A DNA stretch of 61,587 nt, filler included, from Choristocarpus tenellus KU-1152 (Eukaryota > Protista > Phaeophyceae), in NCBI GenBank assembly GCA_964200185.2. It is 9 parts of 9 records of this genome, joined end to end, with 100 filler letters (N's around TTAATTAATTAA, not from the genome) between each part and the next. Parts side by side here need not be neighbours in the genome. Positions count along the whole stretch, not along the records: positions 1 to 3,285 come from CAXNAD020021045.1; positions 3,386 to 12,133 come from CAXNAD020004373.1; positions 12,234 to 19,179 come from CAXNAD020006996.1; 6 more parts are not named here. One strand, 5' to 3'. The translations under genes and the position numbers were made by a program. Shown piece after piece: positions 1-12,599 of this stretch. The notes beneath the pieces are model-generated. The model saw nothing but the letters and a program-made list of their open reading frames with translations. It was not told the DNA's origin and made no database searches. Positions within the stretch are counted from its first letter, which is position 1, and each line of letters begins with the position of its first letter.

Positions 1-36
1 TGGACAGCCGTCACCCCCCCCCAGATACTTTGAGTC
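1..36 (-). mobile_element. MITE family B, short-spacer end (partial)
   Basis: Reverse complement reads GACTCAAAGTATCTG-polyG-TGACGGCT-GTCCA, matching the ends at 22597, 28583, 35778 and 58071. Confidence 0.85.
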
Positions 37-1759
37 AAAAATCTACCATAGGGTGGGGGTCATACAGCAAAATGACTGCTTCCATGTCCCATCTCTCGGG
101 TAGCAAGTCCCCTTCAATCTCCAAGCAAGGTGAAGCAGACGAGGTCCATACCTGGCATCAAGTTGAGTTCAATATATGATACGACATTGTACAAGGGCTC
201 ACATAAATGGCATAGGTGATGTGAATTCACTGATGTACTACATCTAGTTTGAGGAGTTGGTCAAAGACATGTATTATAAGTGATCCAGACCATATCCTAT
301 GATGCAATGCCAAAATTGAGCGAGTTGTTAAGACTGCAGGGTGAAAACGTCCTTCTAGATCCTCGAGATACAAGGTCACGATATATTGCACATGTACTAC
401 TCAGGAATATTCCAGAGTACTTCGAAGTACTCCTTCAGATTCTTGTAAATGTTCATTTGAAATCGCTCATTTAAACACTACAAGGAACAACTCAGAAATT
501 ACTTTTTCCTGCTATGAGAACATTCCTATCGCCACTATTCAACCCCCAAAAACATGTTTCAATAGTACTACCTAATACCTTGTGTTTTAGTAACACTAAT
601 TTTAAAACACCCTTCGAGAAAATAATCAATCCATCATCTCCTCCATAGGTTACCTCATTAATATTGAGCCATTGGTCATTCAACATCATACCAAGGCTGG
701 TTATCCAGACAAATCTAGCAGCAGTACACTCAAGAGAGAGTAAAGTTCTCCCGCACCCCGAGCTTAGTACAGCCAAGTTTGAGTCCTCCAACACTGTCGT
801 GAAATTTATATTTGTTCAGAGGTGGAGACACTGAACAAGTTTTGCGTGTGGTGGTCAAGCTTATAAATCTTGAAGGACTCTGAGGAAGGAGTTGCGCGGG
901 TGGGGATATCATTGAAGTGTATATTGTAGCCATGTTCGGACCTTGCACGTCATCATCAGCATGAGTAGTGGCTGGGTGAGGTTGTGATGGATGTTTGGCG
1001 CAGTAAGGGGGGAGTCGTAAAGTCAAGGATGACCTGTGCGTCCACAGAGATTCAGCAATAGGACAAGTGTTTCTGAGTTCCCATTGCCACTTACCATAAA
1101 CTGATCATATTTCCTTTCCCCTGGATATCCACCATTGGAAACTAGAGCTCTATGTGCTAACCCCAGAACTTACAAAATACCAAGCATCAGCAGGCTAGAG
1201 AGGCAATGCTAACTTCACTATCTCTGCTATAGCTGTTGGGATGGCCTTAAGGGGTGGAACATCTTACCACAATAATGACCTCCTTCTCACTAGTACCTTC
1301 CCCATCCTGTCACCATACTAGATCGTACTTGTAGGCAACCAAATGTAAAAGGAAACTCAGAAGAGACACTAGGCCCTTACAGTTGAAGAGGATACGGTTG
1401 AAACATAAACTACAACTTCTGTGATACATAGATGCAGAAAAGTACCACCTCCGTGCCATAAGTCTGTGCTGCGCTGTCAATAACTTTTGAAGATGATAAA
1501 ATTCATTTCTGAAAGAAGATTGGAATCCTTGACGAATTTCTGGTTAGGATCAGCTCTTTTTATTATTATTACTTCCCATCCATCACAATTTATCAGCCAC
1601 AGAAAAAGGCTCCATGTCTGCCTTCAACGTGTTTTCAAGCTCACCAGACAACTGCCTCTTCCTTACCTCTGTGTGCTCCACACTGAAGTCATTTCCCCCT
1701 TTGTATCTAACTACTTGATTTTACACCACAAAAAGGAGCTGCCAAGCCCTCTCAAGTGA

Positions 1760-2878
1760 GGTTTCATCATACTCCTCATACTGTTTCGTAATGGCCTTCA
1801 CCATCTCCTCCACACACCCAAACAGCTCCCCCATCACCCGGCATTTCAAAGACCTGGGGAAGCACAGGTCCATGATATTGAGGTCGGGGGAGTTGGCTGC
1901 ATCGCAAGCCTAATCGACCACCCCTCAGCCTTCCCTGCCCTGACAAGATTTCTGAATTGCCCTTGCCTGTTTGGGGGGTGGTACCGTCTTGCTGAATGAC
2001 GATGTGCTTCCCCTGCAACCAAGGCATCTTGGTCTTGATTGTAGGCAGTAACTCCTCCGTGTACAGTCCTGCTCATGCACATCCCCCTTTTTATGGTTCT
2101 TGCTTGTCCTACTGCCGTTTTTGGGGCACACACACGCCAAATACCAAGCTTTCCATCAGAGCTGTGAGCTGAATCTGGGTGGGCATTGGCTGCAATGATC
2201 ATGGTTTTGGGGATATGACTCTTGTGCTGCACAGTAGGGGACCCTGGAAGGTCACTATCGTCCTCATGTGGAAATACCCTAACCTTTCCCCATCAGCCAT
2301 AACGTAAAACCAGGCTTCATTCACATCGATCGTGTTCACCATGGAGGCATACACACCACGTTTCCGGTTCACTTGCTCGCAAACAAAGGCCATATATATA
2401 TATATATACATACCTTTTGCTACGATTTAAGCTTGGGTTTGATCCAGCGGCGATTCGGCATGGCCCCCATATAATCCAACCACCTGTTTATGGTGCTCGT
2501 GCTATAATTCAGCCCCTTGGCGGCCATCTTCATTACCACCTGACGCACTGTGGATGATCGATTATCGGAGTTGATACTATGTATTGCGGCCATCTTGGTC
2601 GGTGTGGGCTCCGAAGGCCGCCTACTACATGTTGCCACCCCTAGGTCAAGCATTTGGCCACAGGCGAGCTGATCAGCGACGTCCTTTCATAGCCCTCGCA
2701 TGTAACGCTCAGACACTCCAAACTCCACTGCGAGGGCTGGCCCAACATATCACGGCAGTTTATGCTCACCAGGGACCATCTCCAGGGCGTGCCGCAATAC
2801 AAGCACAACCCTGGTGCATATATTCAGGGACACTTGGGCACCCTTCCTACGTGGGGGGGTCGATGGGGGGGTTGCCAT
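1760..2878 (-). mobile_element. Decayed Tc1/mariner-type DDD transposase (pseudogene)
   Basis: Frameshifted minus-strand fragments in canonical order: HTH-like region (STVRQVVMKM...STSTINRWL), IKPKL, IDVNEAWFY (first catalytic Asp motif, cf. VDEKWFY), HKSHIPKTMIIAA, DGKLGIW, RTSKNHKKG, IVIQQDG (second Asp), QP motif. Interrupted by stops and a (TA)n tract near 2393-2409. Confidence 0.85.
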
Positions 2879-3285
2879 GCCGACGTTCTGACCCTCGATG
2901 TGCCCAGTTTTGGCCTCAAAATTTCCCTGAAAGACCCCTACTTCGACGGCTTGAAGCATCTCGAGTTTGTACCTGATGATCCTCGACCCCCACAATTTCT
3001 GAAAGCTGGCATTGTCTGTTTAACTATCCCACACTGAACCCACAGCTTTTATAGTACTTTAAAGAAGGACAAAGAACAGCTTGATATGGATGAACAAAAT
3101 TGGTATTACAAGGGCCTTTGTGGTCTCGATTCCGCTGACTGAGAAGGTGAGTAAGACCAATGCAGATTACCATGTGGGATTTGCAACGTCCACATGGATA
3201 ATCAGAAAATAATTATATCTACTTATCATACGTGCCATATGTGATATATCAACTGATGATCCAATATCAGGTCCCTACCATACAT

Positions 3286-3385
3286 NNNNNNNNNNNNNNN
3301 NNNNNNNNNNNNNNNNNNNNNNNNNNNNNTTAATTAATTAANNNNNNNNNNNNNNNNNNNNNNNNNNNNNNNNNNNNNNNNNNNN
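3286..3385. other. Artificial contig linker (N44-TTAATTAATTAA-N44); identical linkers at 12134-12233, 19180-19279, 22638-22737, 28623-28722, 35514-35613, 55093-55192, 57930-58029
   Basis: Eight identical 100-bp blocks carrying a six-frame stop cassette; an assembly/concatenation artefact that splits the window into nine contigs. Confidence 0.98.
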
Positions 3386-4697
3386 GGAGATAGCTGATGC
3401 GACAGAGGTGACAGATTTCTTTGAGGGAGGGTGCAACAATAGGTCTCTCCGCCTAGAGACCCACCAACAAGTACAGGCACAGATGCCTACAAGTGCGGGG
3501 GGTCTAGGCCTCTCCTCCATGAAACACCGCCAGCATGCAGCTTTTGTAGGATCACTGGTGGCTACTCTCCCCACCCTCCTAGCAAGGCAGCAAGGGCCTC
3601 ATGGAGAGTCCTTCTCACAGGCCTTATGTACAAGCCCTACAATACAGTTCTTAGGAGCGTCCATACACACTCTTCTTTCTATGGGTGTCCCCTCAGAAGA
3701 CCTGGCTGAAATTATTGGTCAAGACTGGGTAACTTGGGGGGGAATAGCACCACCTGCACCTGCCCCAGAGGTCCATATTCTGGAAGCTCGTGACGTCAGG
3801 ATCACAAGGAGGGCTCAGCACGAGATCACACGCCTCCTCAACAGGATTTGTTTCGATTCCTTCAGGAGACAGCTAGCTGACCTTCCAAATGAGGCACAAC
3901 AAGGGAGGGAAAGCTCTTCATTAGCCCTAGCGCACCACCGGAGCCAATGTGGACAAGGAGCAAACGCCTGGACCTCGACGCAACCGCTGGAACCAGCATG
4001 CCAGATCCCCCCTCAAAAATTCAAGCTCACAGTCAGCAGATCCCTAGGAATAGAGGAGGCCCTATCGAACAAGTGCCCAGTGATTCAAAGTATCTTAGAG
4101 GGTGCAGCTGCGTCCGTTTGGCGGCCAAAATCCAATGTTGAACGTTTGATGTAATTTTGGCTATCATGTTTGTAAGGAAGTGTCATTATTATCCTTGTTC
4201 TAGACACACGTTTTGATAACATATAGTTTTACCTACTCCAAATGGTTTTGGAGTACGTAAAATGTCATAAATACCCCGTGCGAATCCAAGCATCAAATGG
4301 ATAAACAGGGCAAAACCCCTACCCTCTAATATACTTTCACTCCAGTGGCAGGGTGCAGGAGGCAAAATGTTGATACCAGACTTGCCCGCACCTGCCCCAG
4401 GGCAGGGGGACAGGTACGACAGCACACTCCAATGGTGAAACGCCTGCACCAACTATGCAAGGGGATGGGCATCCCTTGCACTACAGAGGATGGTAGCCCT
4501 TTCACTGTGGACCGGAATCTTCGCATGGATCTGGTGTTTCACGCAGGGGCACTAGCAGATGCTGGAACTGCTCTCTACAGGGACAAAGGTCTTCTGCTGG
4601 ACGTCACCTTCGCAGAGGTACAGGCCACCTCCCACGTCACCAATTCATCCACCAGCAATGGTGTAGCTGCTGCTGCAGCTGAGGCGCGAAAGTGCAA
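3386..4697 (+). mobile_element. 3' part of a non-LTR retrotransposon ORF with restriction-like endonuclease (CRE/SLACS-like), disrupted by MITE-A
   Basis: QAQMPTSAGGLGL post-RT motif. Removing MITE 4082-4342 plus one TSD restores the frame (NKCPVAGCRRQNVDTRLARTCPRAGGQVRQH, zinc-knuckle-like), followed by RMDLV...LLLDVT...AEARK, typical of RLE-type PD..D..E.K endonucleases. The 5' end is cut by the contig start. Confidence 0.75.
4082..4342 (+). mobile_element. MITE family A copy 1 (GAG...CTC termini, 23-bp TIR, 4-bp TSD; Sola2-like)
   Basis: Family TIR GAGYCAAAGTATCTTAGAGGGTA / TACCCTCTAAGATACTTTCACTC (slightly degenerate in this copy); TSD CAGT/CAGT; 261 bp; five copies in the window. Confidence 0.9.
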
Positions 4698-4955
4698 GAG
4701 CCAAAGTATCTTAGAGGGTAGAGCTGCGTCCATTTGGGGGGCCAAAGGTCAATGTTACTATTTTGATGTTATTTTGCCTATCGTGTTGGTTAGGAAGTGT
4801 CAATATCCTTACTCTGGACACACGTTTCATAACGTATACATTTTAACTACTCCTAAACTTTTGAAGTGGGAAGATGTCATAAAATAACCCATGGGAAGCC
4901 AAGCCCCAAATGGACAAACAGGGCAAAACTCGTACCCTCTAAGATACTTTCACTC
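4698..4955 (+). mobile_element. MITE family A copy 2
   Basis: Full TIRs, 258 bp. Flanks GCAA/ATAA do not form a TSD, and the LINE ORF ends at its left edge. Confidence 0.88.
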
Positions 4956-5445
4956 ATAACACTTGTCGCAAATTTGAAAGATATTTTTCTATTATCTGTT
5001 TTCTATTTTACTACCAGGTATCCTACACCACTACCCTCCTCTTCCTCCAACCTAGCTTAGTTCTGTACCCCAGGGTGAGGAGCTAGAGAAGCATCCCAAG
5101 AATTTAATAAGCCCCTCCTTGCCCATCTCCCTCGTGTCTCCAGCTTAAAACGTATGACATGTCTAGATAGTGTTGTGACAGATACCATCTGTCGTGGGTG
5201 GGATTTGACAGCCCCTTTCCTGCTGTAGCCTCCTGCCCCATATATGTTATTTTGCCCTCTAACATTTCGCAGATGTGTCGGGGGAAAAGCCAATTCAATA
5301 TCATAAGAACCCCTGTAAAAGTAAAAGTTGTCGTCCCAGCCCTCAATAAAAAAGTTATAGCATCGAAGTGGTTCAAACCCGACGAAATTCTTCCAAGGAA
5401 CAGGGAACAGCGAGATTATTCTCCACATAATTCCATATTGCCATG

Positions 5446-5643
5446 GAGCCAAAGTAATTAAGAGGTACTCAGGTTCTGGTCATTTTGCATTTTAATCCAG
5501 TTTTTCAATCTTATGCCGTTCACCCGTATTTCTATGGAAAAATTTCTAAGCTTCACTCAAGACCGTTTATTTCACTATTATTTGATACTTTTGGAAAGAA
5601 TTAAGAAAAAATCATATTTTGGGTACCTCGCATTCTTTGGCTC
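5446..5643 (+). mobile_element. MITE family C copy 1 (GAGCCAAAG...CTTTGGCTC termini)
   Basis: Imperfect TIR GAGCCAAAGTAATTAAGAGGTAC / GTACCTCGCATTCTTTGGCTC; the first ~165 bp align by eye with 30375-30540; no TSD recovered. Confidence 0.65.
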
Positions 5644-5965
5644 AAACGTACCCAACCTACCAACTTCGCAAATTATTTTTAGCGTGTTCGCAATTGTGTG
5701 ACTAAAAATGCGTCCAAACACCCAATTTATTTGTTTCGGTCTCACAAACATTTCAAACCAAAAATTCAATAGAATCACCATTCATCATTTTTTAGTCAAC
5801 GTAGGAAGCTACATCACTACGTTGTAATTGTACTACAACATTAATAATGGAACACCACACTGAGAGATTAAAATCACCTTCTACACTCTATCAATCCAAT
5901 AGCAAAAAATATTCTTTTGACAAAGCACGAAGTCTTCACAAGAGGTTCAATTAGTTCTGATTCAC

Positions 5966-8900
5966 CTCATTCCTAATGCCTAGGGTACAGGAGTCACCAC
6001 TGGCACCAGTTCCCAGTCCATCTTCCGTCCCTCCTCCCATCTCTATATCCAATGAGTTGGGTTTTTCCCCTTGGGCCACCATCAGTAGAACAGGGGCTGC
6101 TGTTCGCAGGGAAAAGTTTCTTGAATGGAAGAAGTCCACTGGCGAACCGCTTGCCAAGGCCTCAATAGCATCAAGATAGTGTAGCTTGGTGACCTCTCTC
6201 TCAACCCTTATTGCCTCAAAAAGGAAGTCTGCATTTCGTAACACAGGGGGTTGTAAGGTGTGGCAGAAGGCGGTGATGAGGATTGTGTATAGAGAGTTCC
6301 TCGAAAGGTTGGGACATAATACAAAATGAGGAGTAAGGAGAATGGGTGCAGGAAGGGGGGGGCTGGAGATTGTGTGAGAAGAGAGATGGAGTAAGGGCAC
6401 AGACAAAATGAGCAATATGGATGGGACCCAAATACTGACCGTCCAAGCAGAAAATGAAAAATTGCATCTATGGTTGTACGTTGTCAGGCCTATTAAACGG
6501 CAAGTATTGATTTCAATCACCACGCACAACGTTCTTGCAGACTTCTTCACACCCACTTAGGAGAAATGGTACATCAAGTTTTACCTGAGAGACCTGCTGC
6601 GATGAGTCCTTTCCTGAAGAAGGCCCCCTTGTCAACCGCATCAACGGCTGTGGTTGGGGTCACTGCAAAACAGTACCCAGTGGAGAGAGAAGAGGGGGGA
6701 GATGGGGGGGCACAGAGCAGGGTAACCAGTCGGGCTGCAGCTGGCCGAACAACAGCCGATGATGACATAAGCAAGGTCTTCAGCATGCCAGAGAGTCCCC
6801 CAGTCGTGGCTCTGCCACTGTGCGAAGATTCGCGAGTTTGCCCTGGAATATCTTCTATCCCCTGTCCTCCATCAAAATATTTCCCACTACCTTCACCCTC
6901 GCAATCACTGAGCAAGGCTGCCAATGGTATGGGCGCACCTGTGTTTATGTAGGCAACAACGAGATATGTGTAAGACCCGCATATATTTGACCATGATGGT
7001 CATAATGAGCTCTTCCCCCACAGAAGGGCTCAGGGCATACTGTGTAGTACTCTGAAGTACTATTGCAGTTATTGCAGTTATTGGAGTACGTTATATGATG
7101 TATGGTAGTGATTCACCCATGGCATTTCACAGGGAAGCAAATACGACCAGAAGAATCCAGCCCTCAGCTGTCAAAGTTACCTTGATTTCAACAATGAGGA
7201 GGTCTTCTATAATTGAAGGGTGCTTACTCTGACAGACTCCATTTCTGAGTCAAAGTATCATAGACGGTAGAGCCGCGTCCGTTTGGGACCCAAATCCCAA
7301 TATTGTGATTTTGATGTAATTTTGGCTATTGTGTTTGTTAAGAAGTGCCAATATCGTTATACCGAGCACACCTTTTCATAAGTATACATTTTACCTACTC
7401 CAAAAGTTTCGGAGTAGGAAAATGCCATAAAAAACATCGTGGGAGGCCAAGCCCAAAAGGGACAAACAGGGCAACACTTGTACCCTCTAAGATACTTTCC
7501 CTCTTCTGTACTCTAATTCTCTCTAATGCATGACGAAAAGGGTGACAGATAGACCTCTATCTTCGTGGTGGCATAGGACATCAAAGGCCTTACTTGCTAT
7601 CGAAGTGTTTGCCTGCCGTAGTATCACCGTTGCCTAAAGCAACACAATGCGGTTGTTGTTTAATCAACTAGTAGTAACTTCTTGGAAGAATCAAGTATGG
7701 AGCAGTTGCACTGATTGCCACTTCAAGGACTTTGTCTTCACTATTCCTATGGTTCCCACCTACCTTCTGCATTCATGCTCCAGCCTGGTGCATCCCTACC
7801 AACTCGCGAGCAGCAATGCATGGCCATCGCTGCAAGGAATGCCACACAGTGCAACTGGAGAGATTCATCGCCTTGTGAGGAATTCAGAATGCGCGGCACG
7901 GCTAGCATGATGCTGACGAAGGGGTCATCATCCGCTGGGATAAATGAAGCAGCACTGGTGGCAGTAGAAGTGACAGGTATACTCAACCCACTCTAAAATC
8001 CATCAGATGAAAGGGCCGTGAAAGGATGGGGATGGTTGTCAGGTGAAGAGTGAGAGGGTATCGAGGACATGGGAGGGAGAGGGAAATAGTCAACATGGGG
8101 AGAGCAGTGTTTATATGAAGGGAAAATACTGAGGGAGTAGGAAAACAAGTCGATCTCCCGCTTGTTTGAGAACAGCCTAACGTACATCTAATCGATGTAA
8201 CCCAAGTGATTGCAATTTTTTCGCCAGAGGCAGTAGGGCAGCCCTCATGCAGGTGAATTTTCCCAACTAGTGTTGCGCCCAGTGCAGTTCTAATATATAG
8301 AAATTGTTGATCTGCCTAAATCTGTGTTCACTCCCGAGGTGTGGAAGTTATTAGGGTGCACTCTCGCCCACACACTCCCTTCTCCGTATATCATTTTTTA
8401 CCTCTTCTGCGACAAGGGAGCATTCCAGTAGTTCCAGCGCAATATAGATTACATCTGATCTCACATGATCAGGGGCAATCCTTGAAGTTGCGTGGGCCGA
8501 GAGGAAAGAGGTGAATTCTCTCGTAGTCCTCATTCTTGGACCAGGCAAATGTACTGTGCCGTCCATGTTTCCCTCCTTCCCCCCGCCCCATATCACTTGC
8601 AAGTAAAGGTGCGAAGCTAGGGCAACATCTTTAGAAGCATCAGTAAGTAGCTGGCCTAGGGTAAAGAGATGGCCAGAAGCTCGAGGTAAACCAATGGCCA
8701 TACTGCGGGACATAAGTGCTACAAGAGTACCAGCGACATCCACAAGCTCATCACGAAGAGCCTGAAGTACAAGCAAAAAGGGTTGGTTTGTGGAGGTTAA
8801 ACAGGAAGAGGTGTGGGCAGCAAGGGGATCCTGATGTGTATTCCACATAGTGCCGAGCGAGGATCATGGTTTCGTTCAAGGAGAGTTGCAGCGAAAAAAT

Positions 8901-9592
8901 CAAATGTGTCCTATCGAAGGATTTCTACGAGGAGTTATGACCATGTATCACCATTATCGTTTTGCTCCCTGTATCATTTTGTATTGGCAGGTGGGTATTG
9001 TCCTTGATGTCGATTGAAGACACATTTGACTGAAGAAACCCAGAAGACGAAGATAGGAAGTTTTTTGTCTTCTAAAGGTAGAGAAAAGGCTCTGTAGTGC
9101 ACTACATACTAACCAGCAGAGTATCCGAAGCTCCACGCGCCAGGTCGTTGTCCACGCTCTCCATACTACGAAGTAGCAACGGTACCCAGTTTCGAACTCC
9201 ACCCTCTCCACGCATGCTACGTGATCCATGAACATGTAAGATGCTGCTCACACTACCCAGGAGAGCTAGCTTGCGAAAATCAGGGGACGTCTCGAACCTA
9301 TGTGAGACGGAGATAAACTGATCGGAATCATCTCTTCTTATACCTTTTGCTAGATTGGTTGAGCGAATCGGAAGTCGAGGAACGATCGTTTGCAAAACCC
9401 TACCGTAATCAGTTCTAACTGTGTGCGGTAGTGGAGTCCGGAAATTATGGTGTTGAAGCTGTTGTGTGGCAAAGATTTTTGTTCTTCTTACGAAAGCGCC
9501 AGCCTCTCACACTTGAATGACCGTAGACAGGTCGTCGAAAGCACCTTTCGCTCACCGTTCCGCAGCACAGTTGAGACAGAAAAGGATGCCAT
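5966..9592 (-). CDS. Uncharacterised multi-exon protein, at least 495 aa, Leu/Ala-rich helical (possibly ARM/HEAT-like); 3' end not resolved
   Basis: Six GT-AG exons splice in frame without stops: 9592-9556, 9418-9114, 8761-8465, 7992-7764, 6938-6585, 6228-5966 (1485 nt). MASFSVSTVLRNVRTDYGRVLQ...WVPLLLRSMESVDNDLARGASDTLLALRDELVDVAGTLVALM...MLKTLLMSSSAVVRPAAARLVTLLC...FLFEAIRVEREVTKLHYLDAIEALA. The fold call is inference only. Confidence 0.65.
7247..7503 (+). mobile_element. MITE family A copy 3 (intronic)
   Basis: Full TIRs, 257 bp, TSD TTCT/TTCT; lies in the predicted intron 7763-6939 of the minus-strand gene. Confidence 0.9.
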
Positions 9593-9950
9593 CTTCTGTC
9601 CCACTAAACACTGATGGGTGACTGAGGGCATCATGGCTTGAGTTTAAGACATGGTCCAAATCCAGTTGTGATGGCGACTCAACACCTCGCCTAAGCATGA
9701 TGTTCCCAAACAAGAGTAGTACTTCCTGTTATGATTTTACTGTTTCTGTTGATGTTAGAGAAAAAATGAGGTGATATTGAAAGTATGACGATAATTTTTT
9801 GAAAAACAGGAATGAAAAATGATAATATTATGTTGGTCCTCTGCTTTTACGTTCCCCTTACGTTTGTTCTACGTTGTCTATTTATTACTTAGCCCCGACA
9901 TTCATGTGTTGGGTTACCAAAGTGGTTGGAACCTCCAGCCGAAGACCTGA
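9593..9950. promoter_or_regulatory. Candidate bidirectional promoter
   Basis: 358 bp between two divergent predicted ATGs (9592 minus, 9951 plus); positional inference only. Confidence 0.4.
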
Positions 9951-11852
9951 ATGATGTTGTCGCCGATGGTATTGCTGTCCTCTCTGAGGTCATTGTTCAT
10001 AGTGCTAGTGCTTATGTTTTCGCATGAAAATGCAGATGCTTTAGTCTTGAAGGGAGTAGGACGACGACTCTCCATGTCCACATCCTCAACCATGGTTTCG
10101 CCATCCTCCCCAGTCTCACCGCCCACTCTTTTGGGCATTGTGGGCAAGGAGGCACGGGAACGTCCAGGCAAGTGATGGCTGACTAGCGATCATGGAAGCA
10201 GGAATGCACGGTTGGGATACAGATGGGTTGCTATATCTTCATTTTTTTTTCTGTGAGCAACTCCTCATCATGGATGGGGTAAGTGATTGAGCAGTGATGG
10301 AGATTTTCTGCTGTGATAGGGACTGTTCCTTGACAGTTGTTCCTGCCTTTCTTTCAGGGCCTGAACTGGAGAACATAGTTCCCCTCTTTGCAGCCTTGCA
10401 GAATGCCTGCAAGAGCATTTCTTCCCTGGTGCGACGTGCTGGAATTGTTGGAGTGACGGGAGTCGCCTCTGCGGGTGGGGAGAATGCTGGTGGAGAGCAA
10501 CAAAAGGAGCTCGACGTGGTGTCCAACGATATCTTGAAATCTGTCCTTGCCCAGTCGGGGGTAGTGCAAGTCCTTGCGAGTGAAGAGGTGAGTTCGATCT
10601 ATTGTTCTCGGTGGTGCATAGGTGAAGTTATTGCTCCTGATTTCGTACTGGAGTTTCTTTGTCTGAGAGTGTGGGCATGGTTGTGCATACACGGTTTGTG
10701 TCAGATGCAAACATTAGGACTCCACTCATTCATCCACACCCCTTGGATGTTGTGGAGGTTTAGAGAGGAAATCACCATTACCGCAGTGCGAGAATCGTTG
10801 TTGTACCTTGATGCTCATTCTCCTTGTCTTGTATTTGACAACCTCTTGCCAAGGTATTTGCACTGATAGAGATAGTTCGTTTTTTCTCCTCATTTTAGAG
10901 ATCCCCCTCTCCTGTCCTTACAAACTGGTCCATTAGTTATCTAAGGATGGAAGATGGTACAGTTGCCTTGGTAATGTAAGTTGTGGTAGACACACTTAAA
11001 GTATTTGTGGAGTGATAATGAACGTACTATGATCATGACTGAGCTTACACTTTTCTGCTATACAAGGGCAAAGATCCGTTCGCATGTACAAAGCTCTATT
11101 CCAACAGTTGCTTCAACAAGGCTGCATTCCGGACTCCCTTATCTGTTGGCTTCTTCAACCATAGAAACTGTTTCTTTTCCCCTGCACCACTGCTGTTCGA
11201 TTTCCTGTACATGTTCTACATTTTTTTTCCAGAACTAACAACATTGATAAACCTTTTCGTGTCCCCTCTCCTCTTCTCCTCTCCCCTCCACTTCACTCAC
11301 CCTTTTTTGGCTGCTTATACTACGCTGCTGATGCTCCAGGAAAATGAGCCGGTGCTACTGAGCAGTGGCCAATACGTTGTAGTTTTTGACCCCCTGGACG
11401 GCTCCTCCAACATTGATGCATCAATACCAACAGGTTCCATGGATTCATCTTGGTACAAGTGATCATTGAATGATTTTCCCTCCCGTATCTTTTGTATTGG
11501 TTCCCTGTGTGAGTTGATGTGATACTTTGAAACATTGATTTTGCATTGCCATTAGCATCACTAGCAATAGTCAATCTTTCAACCATCAATGATTGAGAAC
11601 AGCCAAGTATGGTAAAAAATCAGCAGTGAAGAAATTGCGAAAGTGTTTCAACGTTTATCATAACAAGAAAATCAACTGGTTGTGTCTTAGTCCCCCCCTT
11701 AAAGCTGGTGCTCCTTTCTCCTTGCCACTGACTCTATAGGCACTATATTTGGAATATACCTGGCTGACCCGTCAAAGACTGCAGTCGAAAATTCTCTGAA
11801 GCCTGGCCGAGAGCTTGTGGCAGGTGGCTACTGCTTGTATTCTTCCTCAACA
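9951..11852 (+). CDS. FBP: Fructose-1,6-bisphosphatase class 1, probably plastid-targeted; 5' four exons only (contig ends at 12133)
   Basis: Exons 9951-10167 (GC donor CAG|GCAAGT), 10358-10587, 11340-11433, 11740-11852 splice in frame. Motifs [70 protein letters not shown]; N-terminal hydrophobic signal ending ADA-L followed by a Ser/Pro-rich transit-like segment. Confidence 0.93.
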
Positions 11853-12599
11853 GTAAGTGATTCTCTGCATATTTTTTGTTTTTAGTGGATAAGAAGAATC
11901 CTTTCTTAATCTCTGGTTGAGTGCAAGCCTGTTGTTGAATTGCTCAAAAGAAGTCTTGGTTTATTTTTCAAGAATTTTGTTGTGGTCATTACTGCTGCTC
12001 TCTTTTGAGCTGTTGCATGTTGGCTTGGCTTGCTTTGTGTGTTTTCTACCTTGTGTGTGCAATCTAGCAATATTGTCGAGTCTGTGAGATTTGCATTAAG
12101 GGATCGAGTGGTTGAGATCTTTGGCCCCCCCCCNNNNNNNNNNNNNNNNNNNNNNNNNNNNNNNNNNNNNNNNNNNNTTAATTAATTAANNNNNNNNNNN
12201 NNNNNNNNNNNNNNNNNNNNNNNNNNNNNNNNNCGCCAGTCAAAGCGCGGGAAGAAATACTCGCGCTACTCGCCTGTAACACTTCAGCAAGCTCCCGCGA
12301 TCACGTATTGGCCTTCCCCAGCCAATTCTAGCGCTGCGCTCGGTCCTAAAGTCCGATCTCGAGGATTTAATTGAATTATAGACAGTTTAACCACAGGAAC
12401 TGATCTATGATGGCATGTAAGGACTCTACCCCCCACGTTGGGGCTTACAGCTCTGATATTTGATGAAGGAGTGAGCATAGGTCCTGTCAAGGACCACATA
12501 TGCTCCAAACATCAAATAATGCAAACGCCTCAGCTATGTTAGGAAAACCTTCCATATTGTCACCCTTGAACCCCAGCATTTCACCGTCAACCGCAAAGA

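Noticed and set aside
40-1740. Short ORFs and possible decayed coding sequence
   Set aside because: No recognisable motifs or consistent splice model.
3330-3341. TTAATTAATTAA palindrome recurring eight times
   Set aside because: Always centred in an identical N block; a synthetic six-frame-stop linker, not biology.
4082-4342. MITE-A acting as an Introner (intron-generating element)
   Set aside because: The termini are GAG...CTC rather than splice sites, and the coding insertions seen are in dead transposon ORFs, which they disrupt.
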